DNA of 64,000 bases from an uncultured Methanoregulaceae archaeon (GCA_963737635.1 CAVTTL010000001.1:576001-640000), one strand, 5' to 3'. Shown: positions 10,620-25,500, counted from the first letter of the stretch. Translations and numbers: made by a program. Notes: generated from the sequence alone by a model not told the origin.

Positions 10620-11363
10620 TTACACTTTCACGACTATACACTGTGACGCTGCAGTCTCGACTACCGGTTCGGGCTTATCCGCGAAGTACTCATCCACTGC
10701 TTTCCGTACTCCTGGTGCAGTGAGATAGTCATGGGAAACTATGACACCCCCGGCACTCATCCGGGGATAGAAGAATTCAAGGCACTTTTTTGTGCTCTCA
10801 TAGGTATCAACATCAAGATTGACAAACGAAAACTGCTTATCTTTTACCGGGGCCGACGTATCGGGGAAAATCCCTTTATAAAGGAACACATTTCTCTCCT
10901 GAGCCAGATAGGCTTTCACTTCGTCATAAGATGCAGCAAACTTCCCTTCATAAAACGGCCAGACCGTATCCACATCATCCACCCGGGGTAAGCCGGCAAA
11001 GGTATCGAAGAGATGGAGGGGCCGGTCGCCCTTGGCCGAACAGATGATCTTCGCGGACCCGCCCTTGTAGACCCCAACTTCTGCAATGTCCCCCGGGACC
11101 TTTTCGGTGATTTTTGCAGCCATGTAGATGTGGTAAGCCTCGATATCTTCCAAGAGGAGGTCAGTATCAGAACGAATTTTTTTCAGCTGGGATGCGAACT
11201 GCTTGCGCTCGGCGCAGCCATAGTGGGAAAGTCGTCCCCGCCGTGCAATGTCGTGCCCCATAAAAGGCTCTAAAACTGCCAGTTTCCTGAATTTGAGCAG
11301 ATATTTACTTGGCACTATTGTATCAAAACAATAAATAAGATTTTTTTTGGGGAACAGACTCAT
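10620..11363 (-). CDS. TylF/MycF/NovP-family O-methyltransferase
   Basis: VPGDIAEVGVYKGG, FDTFAGLP, LDVDTYEST, HDY motifs; start uncertain. Confidence 0.85.
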   Translation of the reverse strand: MSLFPKKNLIYCFDTIVPSKYLLKFRKLAVLEPFMGHDIARRGRLSHYGCAERKQFASQLKKIRSDTDLLLEDIEAYHIYMAAKITEKVPGDIAEVGVYKGGSAKIICSAKGDRPLHLFDTFAGLPRVDDVDTVWPFYEGKFAASYDEVKAYLAQERNVFLYKGIFPDTSAPVKDKQFSFVNLDVDTYESTKKCLEFFYPRMSAGGVIVSHDYLTAPGVRKAVDEYFADKPEPVVETAASQCIVVKV

Positions 11364-11399
11364 GACCGGTTATTTTTGTTGTGCCGGAATTTATATTGG

Positions 11400-11861
11400 T
11401 TAGATTCCCCGGCTATTATTTTTACGCCGCTGTGCCGGATCAATATCCACATCGAATTCGTCTAAAAACGGCATCATGCCGGTGATAACCGGTATGGAGC
11501 ATCCGGTTATAGGATCGCGCCGTTCGCTAAGGCCGACGATCTCAATCATAAGAAGAAATGTGTCAAGCGTGTGGGTAAAAGAAGGGTCATTTTCCTCTGT
11601 GAACTGGAGGAAACGGTTGGCCTTGACATATGGACGTTCGAACTCGGGAACCTCTTGGAACTCGTCTTCTACCTGATCAAGGGTACGAGTAGCAGCAAGA
11701 TCTTTTTCGAAAAAAAGATAAACATCGATCCCGTAATCACGGCCGATTGCATCAAGATTCCTGATCTCAACCATCCTGCCGTGCTCAACACCAATAGATG
11801 CCAATTTTTCCTGAAGGGCCACTCCACGAAGCGCGTCCCGGGTGGTCTCAGTATCAACCAT
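11400..11861 (-). CDS. Hypothetical protein
   Basis: Acidic ORF of ~153 aa from MVDTETT; no recognised motif. Confidence 0.6.
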   Translation of the reverse strand: MVDTETTRDALRGVALQEKLASIGVEHGRMVEIRNLDAIGRDYGIDVYLFFEKDLAATRTLDQVEDEFQEVPEFERPYVKANRFLQFTEENDPSFTHTLDTFLLMIEIVGLSERRDPITGCSIPVITGMMPFLDEFDVDIDPAQRRKNNSRGI

Positions 11862-12021
11862 AGGAAATGATGGGTGCAGAGAGTGGTATAAGTATTGTCT
11901 TTGCAACCAATAACTGAAGCTCTAAATTACGTTGCCCCGTCCAAAAATGACACTGCGTACATTTAATCAGAACTATGACACTGACCGATAGAGAGCAAGT
12001 CAAAATGGGATGGTTTTAGTT

Positions 12022-12681
12022 TTATCTCCGGGCACGAATATAGCCATATCCCGCTATTGACACTAAAAGTGCTGCCGGACCAGTGACCATAAAGAGCCCG
12101 GCGGACTGCGTGGGAGAGGGAGTCGCCGGTGGTGTATTGGCGGAAACCTGTGGATTGCCAGTGGTACCTCGGGATGTGGAGATGAGCGTGGCGCTAACGG
12201 TGAGACTGCTTCCGGGAACCGCTGTGCCGGCATTGTCGAGCTCAGTAGCTTGGAAAATAGTTACATTCGTCCCGACACCAAACGGAACGGTTCCGTTCAC
12301 ACCTACGACAAAAGACACATCACTGGTCGTCGGATATGAAAGAAGATAGCCATTGATAAACGCAGTGGTGCCGGATGCCGACTGTTGTGCGGCAGGAATG
12401 CCGTTCACGATGATCTGGATGCTCCAACGGGCATCCTTAAGTTCTGTCTGCATCTGAAGCGTGTGGTACCGCGAGAACGTCATGGCGCCTGACGGAATGA
12501 GCGTGATTGAACTCATTGCATTCTGCCCACTTCCGGCAGCCAGTGGGGGAATGGGAGAGAACACCTCTTTTGTCAGCACCAGCGTTGCGGCGGCAGGAGA
12601 ACCGATGAGGAGAGATACTGATGTCAGGATCAGTATAGCGGTTATTCCTCCACACATAAGGGATCTTCTGGTAAAGGTCAT
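12022..12681 (-). CDS. Secreted/cell-surface protein with Thr/Pro linker and C-terminal anchor
   Basis: N-terminal signal peptide, beta-rich Ser/Thr body, TPPATPSPTQS linker, hydrophobic segment and basic tail RARR. Confidence 0.7.
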   Translation of the reverse strand: MTFTRRSLMCGGITAILILTSVSLLIGSPAAATLVLTKEVFSPIPPLAAGSGQNAMSSITLIPSGAMTFSRYHTLQMQTELKDARWSIQIIVNGIPAAQQSASGTTAFINGYLLSYPTTSDVSFVVGVNGTVPFGVGTNVTIFQATELDNAGTAVPGSSLTVSATLISTSRGTTGNPQVSANTPPATPSPTQSAGLFMVTGPAALLVSIAGYGYIRARR

Positions 12682-12903
12682 ACCTGTGCAGGAGTTTGCC
12701 CCCGTTCGTTTTTAAGATGTCGGTGTTATGAAATCAAGAGAATGAATACGAAAAGCAAATCAAAACGCCTGAACAGGTAGATCTTTTCTTTCGTCCCGAA
12801 CCGGGCTCCTGAAATAAAAGAACTGCCATGTGCCAGATCGGGCAGGATGATATGGTGTTGGATCCCACGTTAGCATTGGGATATCAGTGAGGGCTCTAAA
12901 TAT

Positions 12904-13542
12904 ATGACGGCAAAAGAAACGACAATATCTCCGGAAAAAGAGGAGATTGCGGCCACGGCGCTGCATCTTGCAGGGGCAAAAACCAAAGGAGAACTGGGGG
13001 AGATTGTTGCTCAAGAGGCAAGTTCGTATTCCCTCGCCGATCTCCAAACTATCGGGGGTCGTCTCCTGTTTGAAATAAATGTCCTGCCTGAACCCTACCG
13101 CAGCCGTGTACGCCCGTTTTTTCACGAGCAGATCTTCGGTGCGCACCACAGGCTTCTCGTGATGTACCGATCCGGCACATTCCGGAAGAACCATGAATCG
13201 ATCCGGGACCGCGAAACCTTCGAGAGGTTCTGTTCAATGATCCCGGATGGCTGCTTTACCTGGGACGAAAACGCAGAGAGGACTCCGTTTCACTACTCTC
13301 CCCGGCACCGGCTCTTTTACTATCTCATGGCTGCGTTCACGATGTTTGTGCTCGATCAGCCGGGACATCCCGCGGGGATGCCATTTCCGGGTGGTTTTGC
13401 GGTCGAAGACCGGAACGGGATCTACTATTGTCTGATCCGGGACCGGGAAAAAGAAGTGTTCTTCTCTATCTGCAATTTCTGTCCGGCCCGGCAAACAGAT
13501 GAGAATGCGCCTAGGCATAACACTCCTCTCTACCCCCGGTAA
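12904..13542 (+). CDS. DUF2115 (UPF0305) family protein
   Basis: PGHPAGMPFPGGF...YYC...C..CPA motif. Confidence 0.8.
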   Translation: MTAKETTISPEKEEIAATALHLAGAKTKGELGEIVAQEASSYSLADLQTIGGRLLFEINVLPEPYRSRVRPFFHEQIFGAHHRLLVMYRSGTFRKNHESIRDRETFERFCSMIPDGCFTWDENAERTPFHYSPRHRLFYYLMAAFTMFVLDQPGHPAGMPFPGGFAVEDRNGIYYCLIRDREKEVFFSICNFCPARQTDENAPRHNTPLYPR

Positions 13543-13614
13543 CCGGAACGAAAATCCGGATTTGCCGGACCCGGATAGTTTCTGTGTTCATCACAAGGTT
13601 GCGAATCCGGAATC

Positions 13615-14442
13615 CTACCGGTCATCACCGGAAATCCCGGTCAGATCCTCGGCCATCTTCCAAAGCCGTTCCTGAACCGTTCGGTCGTACGAAAGTGCAG
13701 AAGACCGGATCGGACGCCGGTTGTCAAAATACCGGCCCGATACCTCGGCTATTTCCGGTGAGCGTGCGAGGTAAATCGAGGTCTGTGCTCCCTCTTCCGG
13801 CGTGATGGTGGCGATCCCGGGGGCCGCCGCATGGGACAGTTTTGTGTCCACGACACCGGGGTGAAGGCAGTTGGTAGTGACCCCGGTCCCTTCGAGATTC
13901 CGTGCGAGGGTGTAGGTGAACGTCACATCGGCAAACTTCGAGAGAGCATAGGCCTCCCAAGGATCATACCGGCGTTCCTGCGGCAGGTTATCCCAGTCGA
14001 TCCTGTCCACGTCCTCATGTGCGCTTGACGCAACGGTCACGATGCGGGCAGCAGGACTCTTCCGGAGAAGGGGCAACAAGAGGTGCGTAAGGAGGAATGG
14101 GCCAAGATAGTTAACAGCGAGGGTCATCTCGATCCCATCCTCTGTCGCATGCCGAGTTTTCTGGTAAGTTCCTGCGTCATTGATAAGAACGTCAAGTCGT
14201 GAATAGCGAGAAATAAGATCTGTCGCCATACGTCGGATTTGATCGTGCCGGGAGTAGTCAGCAATGATCAGATCGGGGCGATCTGTTCCGGCCTTTTGTG
14301 CCAGTTCCTGTTGTACCCGTTTCCCTTTTTTCTCATCGCGCCCGTGAAGGATCACTTCGGCGCCCTCGGCTGCCAGTTCCGTGGCGGTGGCTTTTCCGAT
14401 ACCGTCCGTTGACCCCGTAACAAGAATGAGTGGTTGTGTCAT
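13615..14442 (-). CDS. Short-chain dehydrogenase/reductase (retinol dehydrogenase-like)
   Basis: VTGSTDGIG, YALSK catalytic motif, LHPGVVDT. Confidence 0.9.
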   Translation of the reverse strand: MTQPLILVTGSTDGIGKATATELAAEGAEVILHGRDEKKGKRVQQELAQKAGTDRPDLIIADYSRHDQIRRMATDLISRYSRLDVLINDAGTYQKTRHATEDGIEMTLAVNYLGPFLLTHLLLPLLRKSPAARIVTVASSAHEDVDRIDWDNLPQERRYDPWEAYALSKFADVTFTYTLARNLEGTGVTTNCLHPGVVDTKLSHAAAPGIATITPEEGAQTSIYLARSPEIAEVSGRYFDNRRPIRSSALSYDRTVQERLWKMAEDLTGISGDDR

Positions 14443-14562
14443 GACAGTCGGGTATCGGAAATGCAACAAGAAAAAAATATCGATGGTGCTATATGGACTG
14501 GACAGATTCCGTTCCTCGGTTAATATTTTATCAAAAATGACGCCGTTGAAGAAGGATTAAAA

Positions 14563-14672
14563 GATAGCAACCGGGAATAGTTTCCCCTCAGGTACAGGTT
14601 CTTTCCGAGTGGCAGCTTAACTGCTGAGTTTGAAGACTACATGTGTCCCGCATCTGTGGCTGGCTATCACCA
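14563..14672 (-). pseudogene. Degenerate 5S rRNA-like copy
   Basis: Shares GATAGCA..., CCTCAG-TACAG, CAGCTTAACTGCTG, TCCCG and GCTATCACCACA blocks, in order, with the intact 5S ~245 bp away; internal deletion. Confidence 0.75.
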
Positions 14673-14807
14673 CAGATTTTGACTACGTATCATTCAGGTC
14701 GTGAACCTGCGGTATCGCATTTGCGGCGATAATGACAGAATTCTGTCGAGCGCAATCGCTCGTCAGTAAAAATTTCATCAGAACAGATCCATGTAAGAAG
14801 GAAAGGT

Positions 14808-14929
14808 GATAGCAGCTTGGTATGGTTCCCGGGGACTCGCGTACCTCAGTACAGCATACTACGTGTGTCAGCTTAACTGCTGGGTTCGGAATGAGACCAG
14901 GTGTTTCCCGACAGGCTATGGCCGCTATC
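14808..14929 (-). rRNA. rrf: 5S rRNA
   Basis: GATAGCGGCCATAG...CATTCCGAACCCAGCAGTTAAG...GTACTGAGGTACGCGAGTCCCCGGGAA...GCTGCTATC; ends approximate. Confidence 0.93.
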
Positions 14930-15020
14930 ACCACATGATTTGCTTTGTTTGTTGTTTGCAGCCGAAGAATTAGATGCTATTCTTCGTCAGACCGGTATTC
15001 CATTGCTGGAAACCGGTCCA

Positions 15021-15092
15021 AGCCAAGGTCCGGATTTGAACCGGAGTGTAGTTGATCTGCAGTCAACCGCGTGGCCGCTCCGCCACCTTGGC
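15021..15092 (-). tRNA. tRNA-Cys(GCA)
   Basis: GCCAAGGTGGCGGAGCGGCCACGCGGTTGACTGCAGATCAACTACACTCCGGTTCAAATCCGGACCTTGGCT cloverleaf. Confidence 0.95.
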
Positions 15093-15140
15093 GACCGTGT
15101 ACGATGATACCCTATCTTTTATGTCAAGGATATGATATAA

Positions 15141-18136
<2,996 letters not shown>

Positions 18137-18210
18137 TTACACGGCCTCGCAAAGTCATTGGTTTGACTTTCAGCCCTTCCCTCGTGATTCACATCTCGAG
18201 GTGCATCTAA

Positions 18211-18268
18211 ACAGCTCACTGGGAGTCGAACCCAGACGTGAATGTCACCTTATCTGACACTTGAGCCT
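18211..18268 (-). ncRNA. tRNA-like element lacking an anticodon arm, at the ITS tRNA-Ala position
   Basis: AGGCTCA AGTGTCA-GATAAGG-TGACATT CACGT CTGGG-TTCGACT-CCCAG TGAGCTGT: acceptor-like stem, one hairpin with GG in the loop, canonical T arm. Confidence 0.7.
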
Positions 18269-18295
18269 TCTCATGTTGACACCAGCAATTTTACA

Positions 18296-19875
<1,580 letters not shown>

Positions 19876-19976
19876 TCCGCATTGCCAGTATCAACGTCAG
19901 AACCAACTCCGGTCATGCCGGGTCTTGTTGGATCTCCATCAAAGATTTGCGTGTGTTCGTCGTGATTGTTCACTTG

Positions 19977-20255
19977 AACACGGGCTTATAACGTAGGCTT
20001 TTCGGTTATTTATACCTTTTTGCCTGCACGTTTATATTCGGAACCAGACCCTGAATTTCGGGTTTACCTGATTCTTCATCATACGTTTTTCGTCGTGTTT
20101 TTGGATTTAAACACGGGCTTATAACATAGGTCGCAGGATTATTTATAGTTTGTCTCCTGCTCCCACAATTTCAGACCCGACACCACGTTTGATGGTTTTC
20201 GTCGGGTCTTCATCAAAATTCGCGGATCACATTATTCGACAGACTAACATTTAAA
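19977..20255 (-). promoter_or_regulatory. Tandem rRNA operon promoters
   Basis: Minus-strand TATAAATAA at 20006-20014 and 20139-20147, each followed by the identical 16-mer (+ strand AACACGGGCTTATAAC at 19977 and 20110; 133-bp period); a possible third TTTAAA at 20250-20255. Confidence 0.7.
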
Positions 20256-20501
20256 GATTCCCCTCAATGCCCTCCAAAAAGACTATCGTTACTATCAGGG
20301 AAACAACAAATGTTTATCATCGTCATTTTTGAGAATTGTCGATAAATTCGTGGCAGTTTCGGGAAAATTCTGCATTTCAGATATTCATAACGGAGACGAA
20401 TTCCTGAAAATGATGGAGAGGATAATGGATTGACAAAATATCGGCGCTGATATAAATGGATAGGGCTGGAATATGTGATTGAGAACTTTGGCAGGATTCG
20501 A

Positions 20502-21545
20502 ATGAAACTGATTCTTACGGCTCTGATAATTGTTGCAATGCTATTGGTTACTGCAGGCTGTACTCAGAACGCTGGCCAGTTATCGGGTTCGGGAAACACT
20601 CAACAGGAAGCCACACCCGGGGGTACATCTGCCCAAGCGACCCCGACTATGTCTAACAGTAAAATAATCGCCGCGTATTGGTACCTCTACCCAGACCCCA
20701 ACGATGATACCTACAGCCTTGTGATGTCTGCGCAAGACCAGATCCCATGGAAGAAGATCAACCGGCTCTATATCGGATTCGCTACAGTAAACGATGGTAT
20801 TCTCACTGACTTGCCGACCGGAACGTCAGCAGACGATGCTACACAACGATCAGAGATGCAACGCAGGATCCGGGAGATTGTCACGCTCTGCCACGAGAAC
20901 AACCCGGATGCGGAGATCTTTATTACCTCGAACTTCGGTGGGAGCGATATCGACGATCAATACCTCGCGGCAGCGCAGGACCCGCAGAAGTTTGCCGATA
21001 GCGTCCTTGCTTATATCAAGGAATATAATCTTGACGGGTACGACATGGATTGGGAGAGCAGCCGGATTGACGATTACGCAACGCAACTAACGACTCTTCT
21101 TTCTACCTGCCACGGTACGTTTGCTACAGCAGGTACCAACCCTCATGGCTCCCCCTACTTGCTGACCCATACGGTCTGGCCCGGGGTGGAGTCGCCACAG
21201 ACTGTTGCAGGTTTAAAGGACAGTGTTGACCAACTCAACCTGATGACCTATGGGACCGGAGACAAGTATGATCTCGTTTCGTACGCTGACTCCTATGCGG
21301 CGGCAGGGTTTCCTTATGATAAGATGATCGGAGGTGTGGAGAGTGAAGCAGGGTACACCGATAATGGCGGCCCCGATACACAGGCTACAGTTACGGCAAA
21401 ATGCGATTATGTAAAAGAGCACAACCTTGCCGGTTTATTCGAATGGCGTGTGGATAATGACATGCGGCCTGACAACAGTCCTCCGACGTACCAGGTTACA
21501 GGGTGGATGTATGACTGCCTGTCAGGTAATTCACCTTTTTTGTAG
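20502..21545 (+). CDS. Glycoside hydrolase family 18 (chitinase-like) lipoprotein
   Basis: Lipobox LVTAGC, Thr/Gly linker, catalytic DGYDMDWE (DxxDxDxE), NLMTYG, GLFEW. Confidence 0.85.
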   Translation: MKLILTALIIVAMLLVTAGCTQNAGQLSGSGNTQQEATPGGTSAQATPTMSNSKIIAAYWYLYPDPNDDTYSLVMSAQDQIPWKKINRLYIGFATVNDGILTDLPTGTSADDATQRSEMQRRIREIVTLCHENNPDAEIFITSNFGGSDIDDQYLAAAQDPQKFADSVLAYIKEYNLDGYDMDWESSRIDDYATQLTTLLSTCHGTFATAGTNPHGSPYLLTHTVWPGVESPQTVAGLKDSVDQLNLMTYGTGDKYDLVSYADSYAAAGFPYDKMIGGVESEAGYTDNGGPDTQATVTAKCDYVKEHNLAGLFEWRVDNDMRPDNSPPTYQVTGWMYDCLSGNSPFL

Positions 21546-21640
21546 AAGAAACGGCCACTTTTTCAATCTCTCGCAGTCCTTGGTATCGCGTAGGACATAT
21601 GTGAGACGTCTCCGATGGCCCTGAATCTCTTCCGTCCACA

Positions 21641-22547
21641 CTATTCGTCTGCCTTTACTACTTGCACGTACACATCCCCAAAGAACTCCTCTTGTCGGAT
21701 CGAGCACCTCCCGTCCAGCACCAGAAAAAGCAGCGGGATATAGACATCAGGAAGACACCACCCAAGATCGGTGCAGAGCTCGGCAAGGGTAATCTCGGTA
21801 TCCGGGTCCGCGTTTGCTAAGCATTCCTCAATGAGCTGCCGAGCTGAGTCCTGGTACCCTTCCTCGTGTGCGATGCCTACGACGTCGTCTGCTTCGACCA
21901 AGAGATCTTCCGCCGGAGGGAGCCGGCGCCGCCTCCGCTCCTCCTTTTCGAGATTCTTTAACTCGATAATCAGTTCAAAGAGGGTGACCGGGCTCTTTCG
22001 CAAGCTCTTCCGGTCAAGCCGGCGCTGGATTTCCCGTTCCAGCCGTTCGATGGGGCCGAACCGGCCCTCATCTTCGAAATCAAGATCGCCCGCGAGGTCA
22101 AAATCCTCGCCATCCCCGGAATCGTCATAATCTTCCTCAGTTGATGCCAGATCAAGCTGTTCGGATTTCATGCGCAGGAGTATAGCTGCATAAAAGAGCG
22201 TGCGACCTGACATATGGAGATTAAGTTGCCGGCGCCGTTCTCAGCTCGGAGAGGAACCGGTCGGTTACTTCGATGATGTTGATGTTCCACGGATCGATCT
22301 CCCCCCGTTCTGCGAGGCCAACCAAGATCTCGACCGGATCCTCGACGTTCTCCGGCTCCCGCGTGGCCGGTGCATCTACGGTCACCGGAGATACTGCGGC
22401 GGCAACAGAATTGGGCACAGCGGCGACTTCCCCTATTTCTGTAGATCCGGTTTCAGGCTGCATCCCTTTCGGGATTTTTTCACCCGTTTTTTCAGTCTCC
22501 GGAGCCGGAATCGCCTGGTGCCTCCTTTTTTTGCGCCGGTCAGCCAT
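21641..22547 (-). CDS. scpA: Segregation and condensation protein A (kleisin); +1 frameshift near 22241
   Basis: GEIDPWNINIIEVTDRFL, SGRTLFYAAILLRMKS and LLFL...QEEFFG motifs in two fragments. Confidence 0.88.
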
Positions 22548-25500
22548 TGACCTTCACTCCGGTAACAAGCGTACTCTTGTCCGGCCGGATTGTGACACCC
22601 ATGATCCGTTGGGCCGCCTCGATCATGGGTTTACGCAGTGAGACGATGACAAATTGCGATGAAGGCGCGAGCTCTTTTATCATCGCCGCGATCCTTTCTA
22701 CATTCGCACCGTCAAGCGACATGTCCACTTCGTCAAAAGCGTAGAACGGCGCCGGGATGTGATGCTGGATTGAGAAGATAAAAGCAAGGGTTGTCAGCGA
22801 CTTCTCACCGCCCGAGAGAGATGAGAGAAGGTGGACTTTCTTGTCCCGAGGCTTCACTGCGAACGTGAGACCACCGGTAAAAGGGTCCTCTTCGTTTTCG
22901 AGTACCAGGTTTCCGCTTCCGCTCGTGAGCCGGGCAAAGATCTCCCTGAAATTTGTATCAATTGCCTTAAAGGCGGTCATGAATGCCTCGAACTTCATCT
23001 GCTCGTACTTCTCGATGCGTTCAATGAGGTTTGTCCGCTCTTTGGAAAGGGTATCTTTTCGTTCCGTCCGCTCTTCAACCTGCTTCTGGATCTTCTCGTA
23101 CTCCTCTATGGCGAGCATGTTTACGGCACCGATCTTGTGAAGCGCAAGTTCGGCATCTGCGATCTTTCCCTCGATCTCGGTGAGGGTCAGATCGGTCGAG
23201 ATCTCGCCAACAATGGCCACAAGGGCCGCGATCTCCGTTGCAAGGGCCAGCGCCCGTTCTTCAAGGGCGGTACGTTGTATCGTGAAACGTTCCTTATCGG
23301 CGTCGAACTTAATCAGTTTTGTTTCCGAGGAATGAATACTGTCGGATACATCGGCCCGTTTCTTCCGCAGAATTTCAAGTTCACCTGAGAACTGTTTCTG
23401 TTTCTCTTCGAGTTCGGCGATCACGGCTTTATGGGCAGAGATCTGCTCGTTTGACCCTGCCACTTCTGCATCGATCTGCCGGTTACGCTCGTCCAGCCGG
23501 GTGCGCTCCTCAGTTCAGCTCCCCAATCCGCGAATTAAAGTGCTGACGCTCTCGGGAGGCATCGTTCATGTCTGCTTCCTTATTGCGTAGGTGCCGTTCA
23601 GCCTCTTCGATCGCCTTCTTCCGCTTCTCCATCTGTTCGGTGAGGGCCGGAATGTTGGTGTCATCCAGCTTCTTTTTTATCCCATCAATCTGAGCGGTGA
23701 TCGCATTGATCGTCTCGGTGACCTTGTCCAGTTCCCCTTCGAGCGCAGCCAGCTCCCCCGCACTCGTACCAGTCTCCTCTTTCTGTCGGGCGACCGCCGC
23801 CTCGATAGTCTGCTTCTCGACCGTGATCGCGTCGAACCGACGGGAATATTCTTCAGTAACAGCCCCAGCCCGGGCCATGTCTTGATCGATCTCATTGCGG
23901 AGCGCCCGTTTGGCATCTACCTCTTCGGTCAAACGCTTGACCCCTGCCTCAAGCATCGCGGCCTCACCAGAAAGCTCAGCGAGGTGCGACCGAATCCGAA
24001 CAATTTCGTCGTCCACGGCGGCCCCAAATCCCTTCACCGGTTTCTTTGTTAAACCACCTGTCATCGCCCCGCTCCTCTCGAGCAGTTCGCCCTCGATAGT
24101 AACCATCCGGTATTTCCCGATCATTTTCCGGGCCCGTTCCAGCGTATCGACTACTACCGTCGCACCTAATGCAGTGGCAAGTGCCTTGTCGTAAACGGGA
24201 TCGTAATCAAGAAGATTCACAGCGTAGTCGATAACCCCGGGTTCTTTGACCGGAGGAAGCGTGGGGGGCTTAAGCTTGTTTAGCGGGAGAAATGTCACCC
24301 GCCCGAGCCTCTCATCTTTTAGGTACCGGATCGCATCGGCCGCAATCTGGTCGGTGTCGCAGACAACGAACTGAAGCTTATTGCCTGCCGCGACATTGAG
24401 CGCTGTCGAGTACTCTGGGGGGGCCCGCGCCAGCTCCGCGATTGTGCCGTGCACGCCCTCTATTGATTTTACAGCTTCGATCGCCCTTCCTCCAGACTCG
24501 CCTCTGGCCTGCTGGGCTGATTCGAGCCGGATCACGTCCTGCTCGGCGTCCTTTATCTCACCATTGAGCCGTTCGAGCGATGAGCGCTGGGCAAAAAGGT
24601 TGCTCTCGAGTTCGGAGAGAGTGCGATCGAGCTCTTTTTTCCTTTCGACGAGCTCCGCGACCGTCTGCTTGTTTTGGCTGAGCTGTTCCTGTTTTGCCGT
24701 GTACTCTTCGTCAAGCTGTTTCTGGAGCGCCGTCAATCGTTCGAGTTCGCTGGTCCGCATCCGACTCTTCTCTATGAGCATATCCTGCTGATGGAGGATC
24801 GCAGAACGCTCTCCCCTCTTTACCTCAGCCTCTTCCATCAGGGCGAAGAGTTTCTGTCGGGCTTCCTCTGTTTCTGCGGAGTACTGACAAATCTCATTCT
24901 CGATCTTTTCCAGCTGCGCACGTGAGGTCGCGATCTCCATTGCAATATTCGTACGATCGATAGATAGTGCACGAATCTGGTCGGAGAGCTCTGCTACCCG
25001 GGTCTCAGCCCGTTTGGCGTCCGCAAAGACCCGGTTGATTCCTTCGAGGTTCGATTCCTTGTCTTTTTTAAGCCTGGCAATAGTCTGCTCTGCAAGCTTA
25101 ATCCCACTCTTTGCTTCCTCGAGATCTGCGATCAGCTTCAGGTAGTCTGGCCCGCTCTTTTTGTTGATGAGCTCGTCGATATCCGCAAGGTCGGCCTTAA
25201 GGTAGGAGAGTTCGTTCTCCTCGATCCCCCGATCCGCTTCAATCCGGGTAATTTTGATCTTCTGCTCCTCGGCAGATACGAGGAGTGTGGCCCGTTCCTT
25301 CTCCTTCACATGGAGCTGGGCAGCGGACCGGCATCCCTGATAGAAACCGAGCCTCTTTTTGCCATTTTTGGTATTCGAGTGCGTGTTCGCGCTCTTTTTT
25401 AAGCTCGTTTGCTCGTTTGATAAGTTCAATGAGCAGGAGCTCCTCACGTTCAATCCGTTCCCTTACTACGTCGAGTTCAGAGAGCGCCTGCTGCTTTTTT

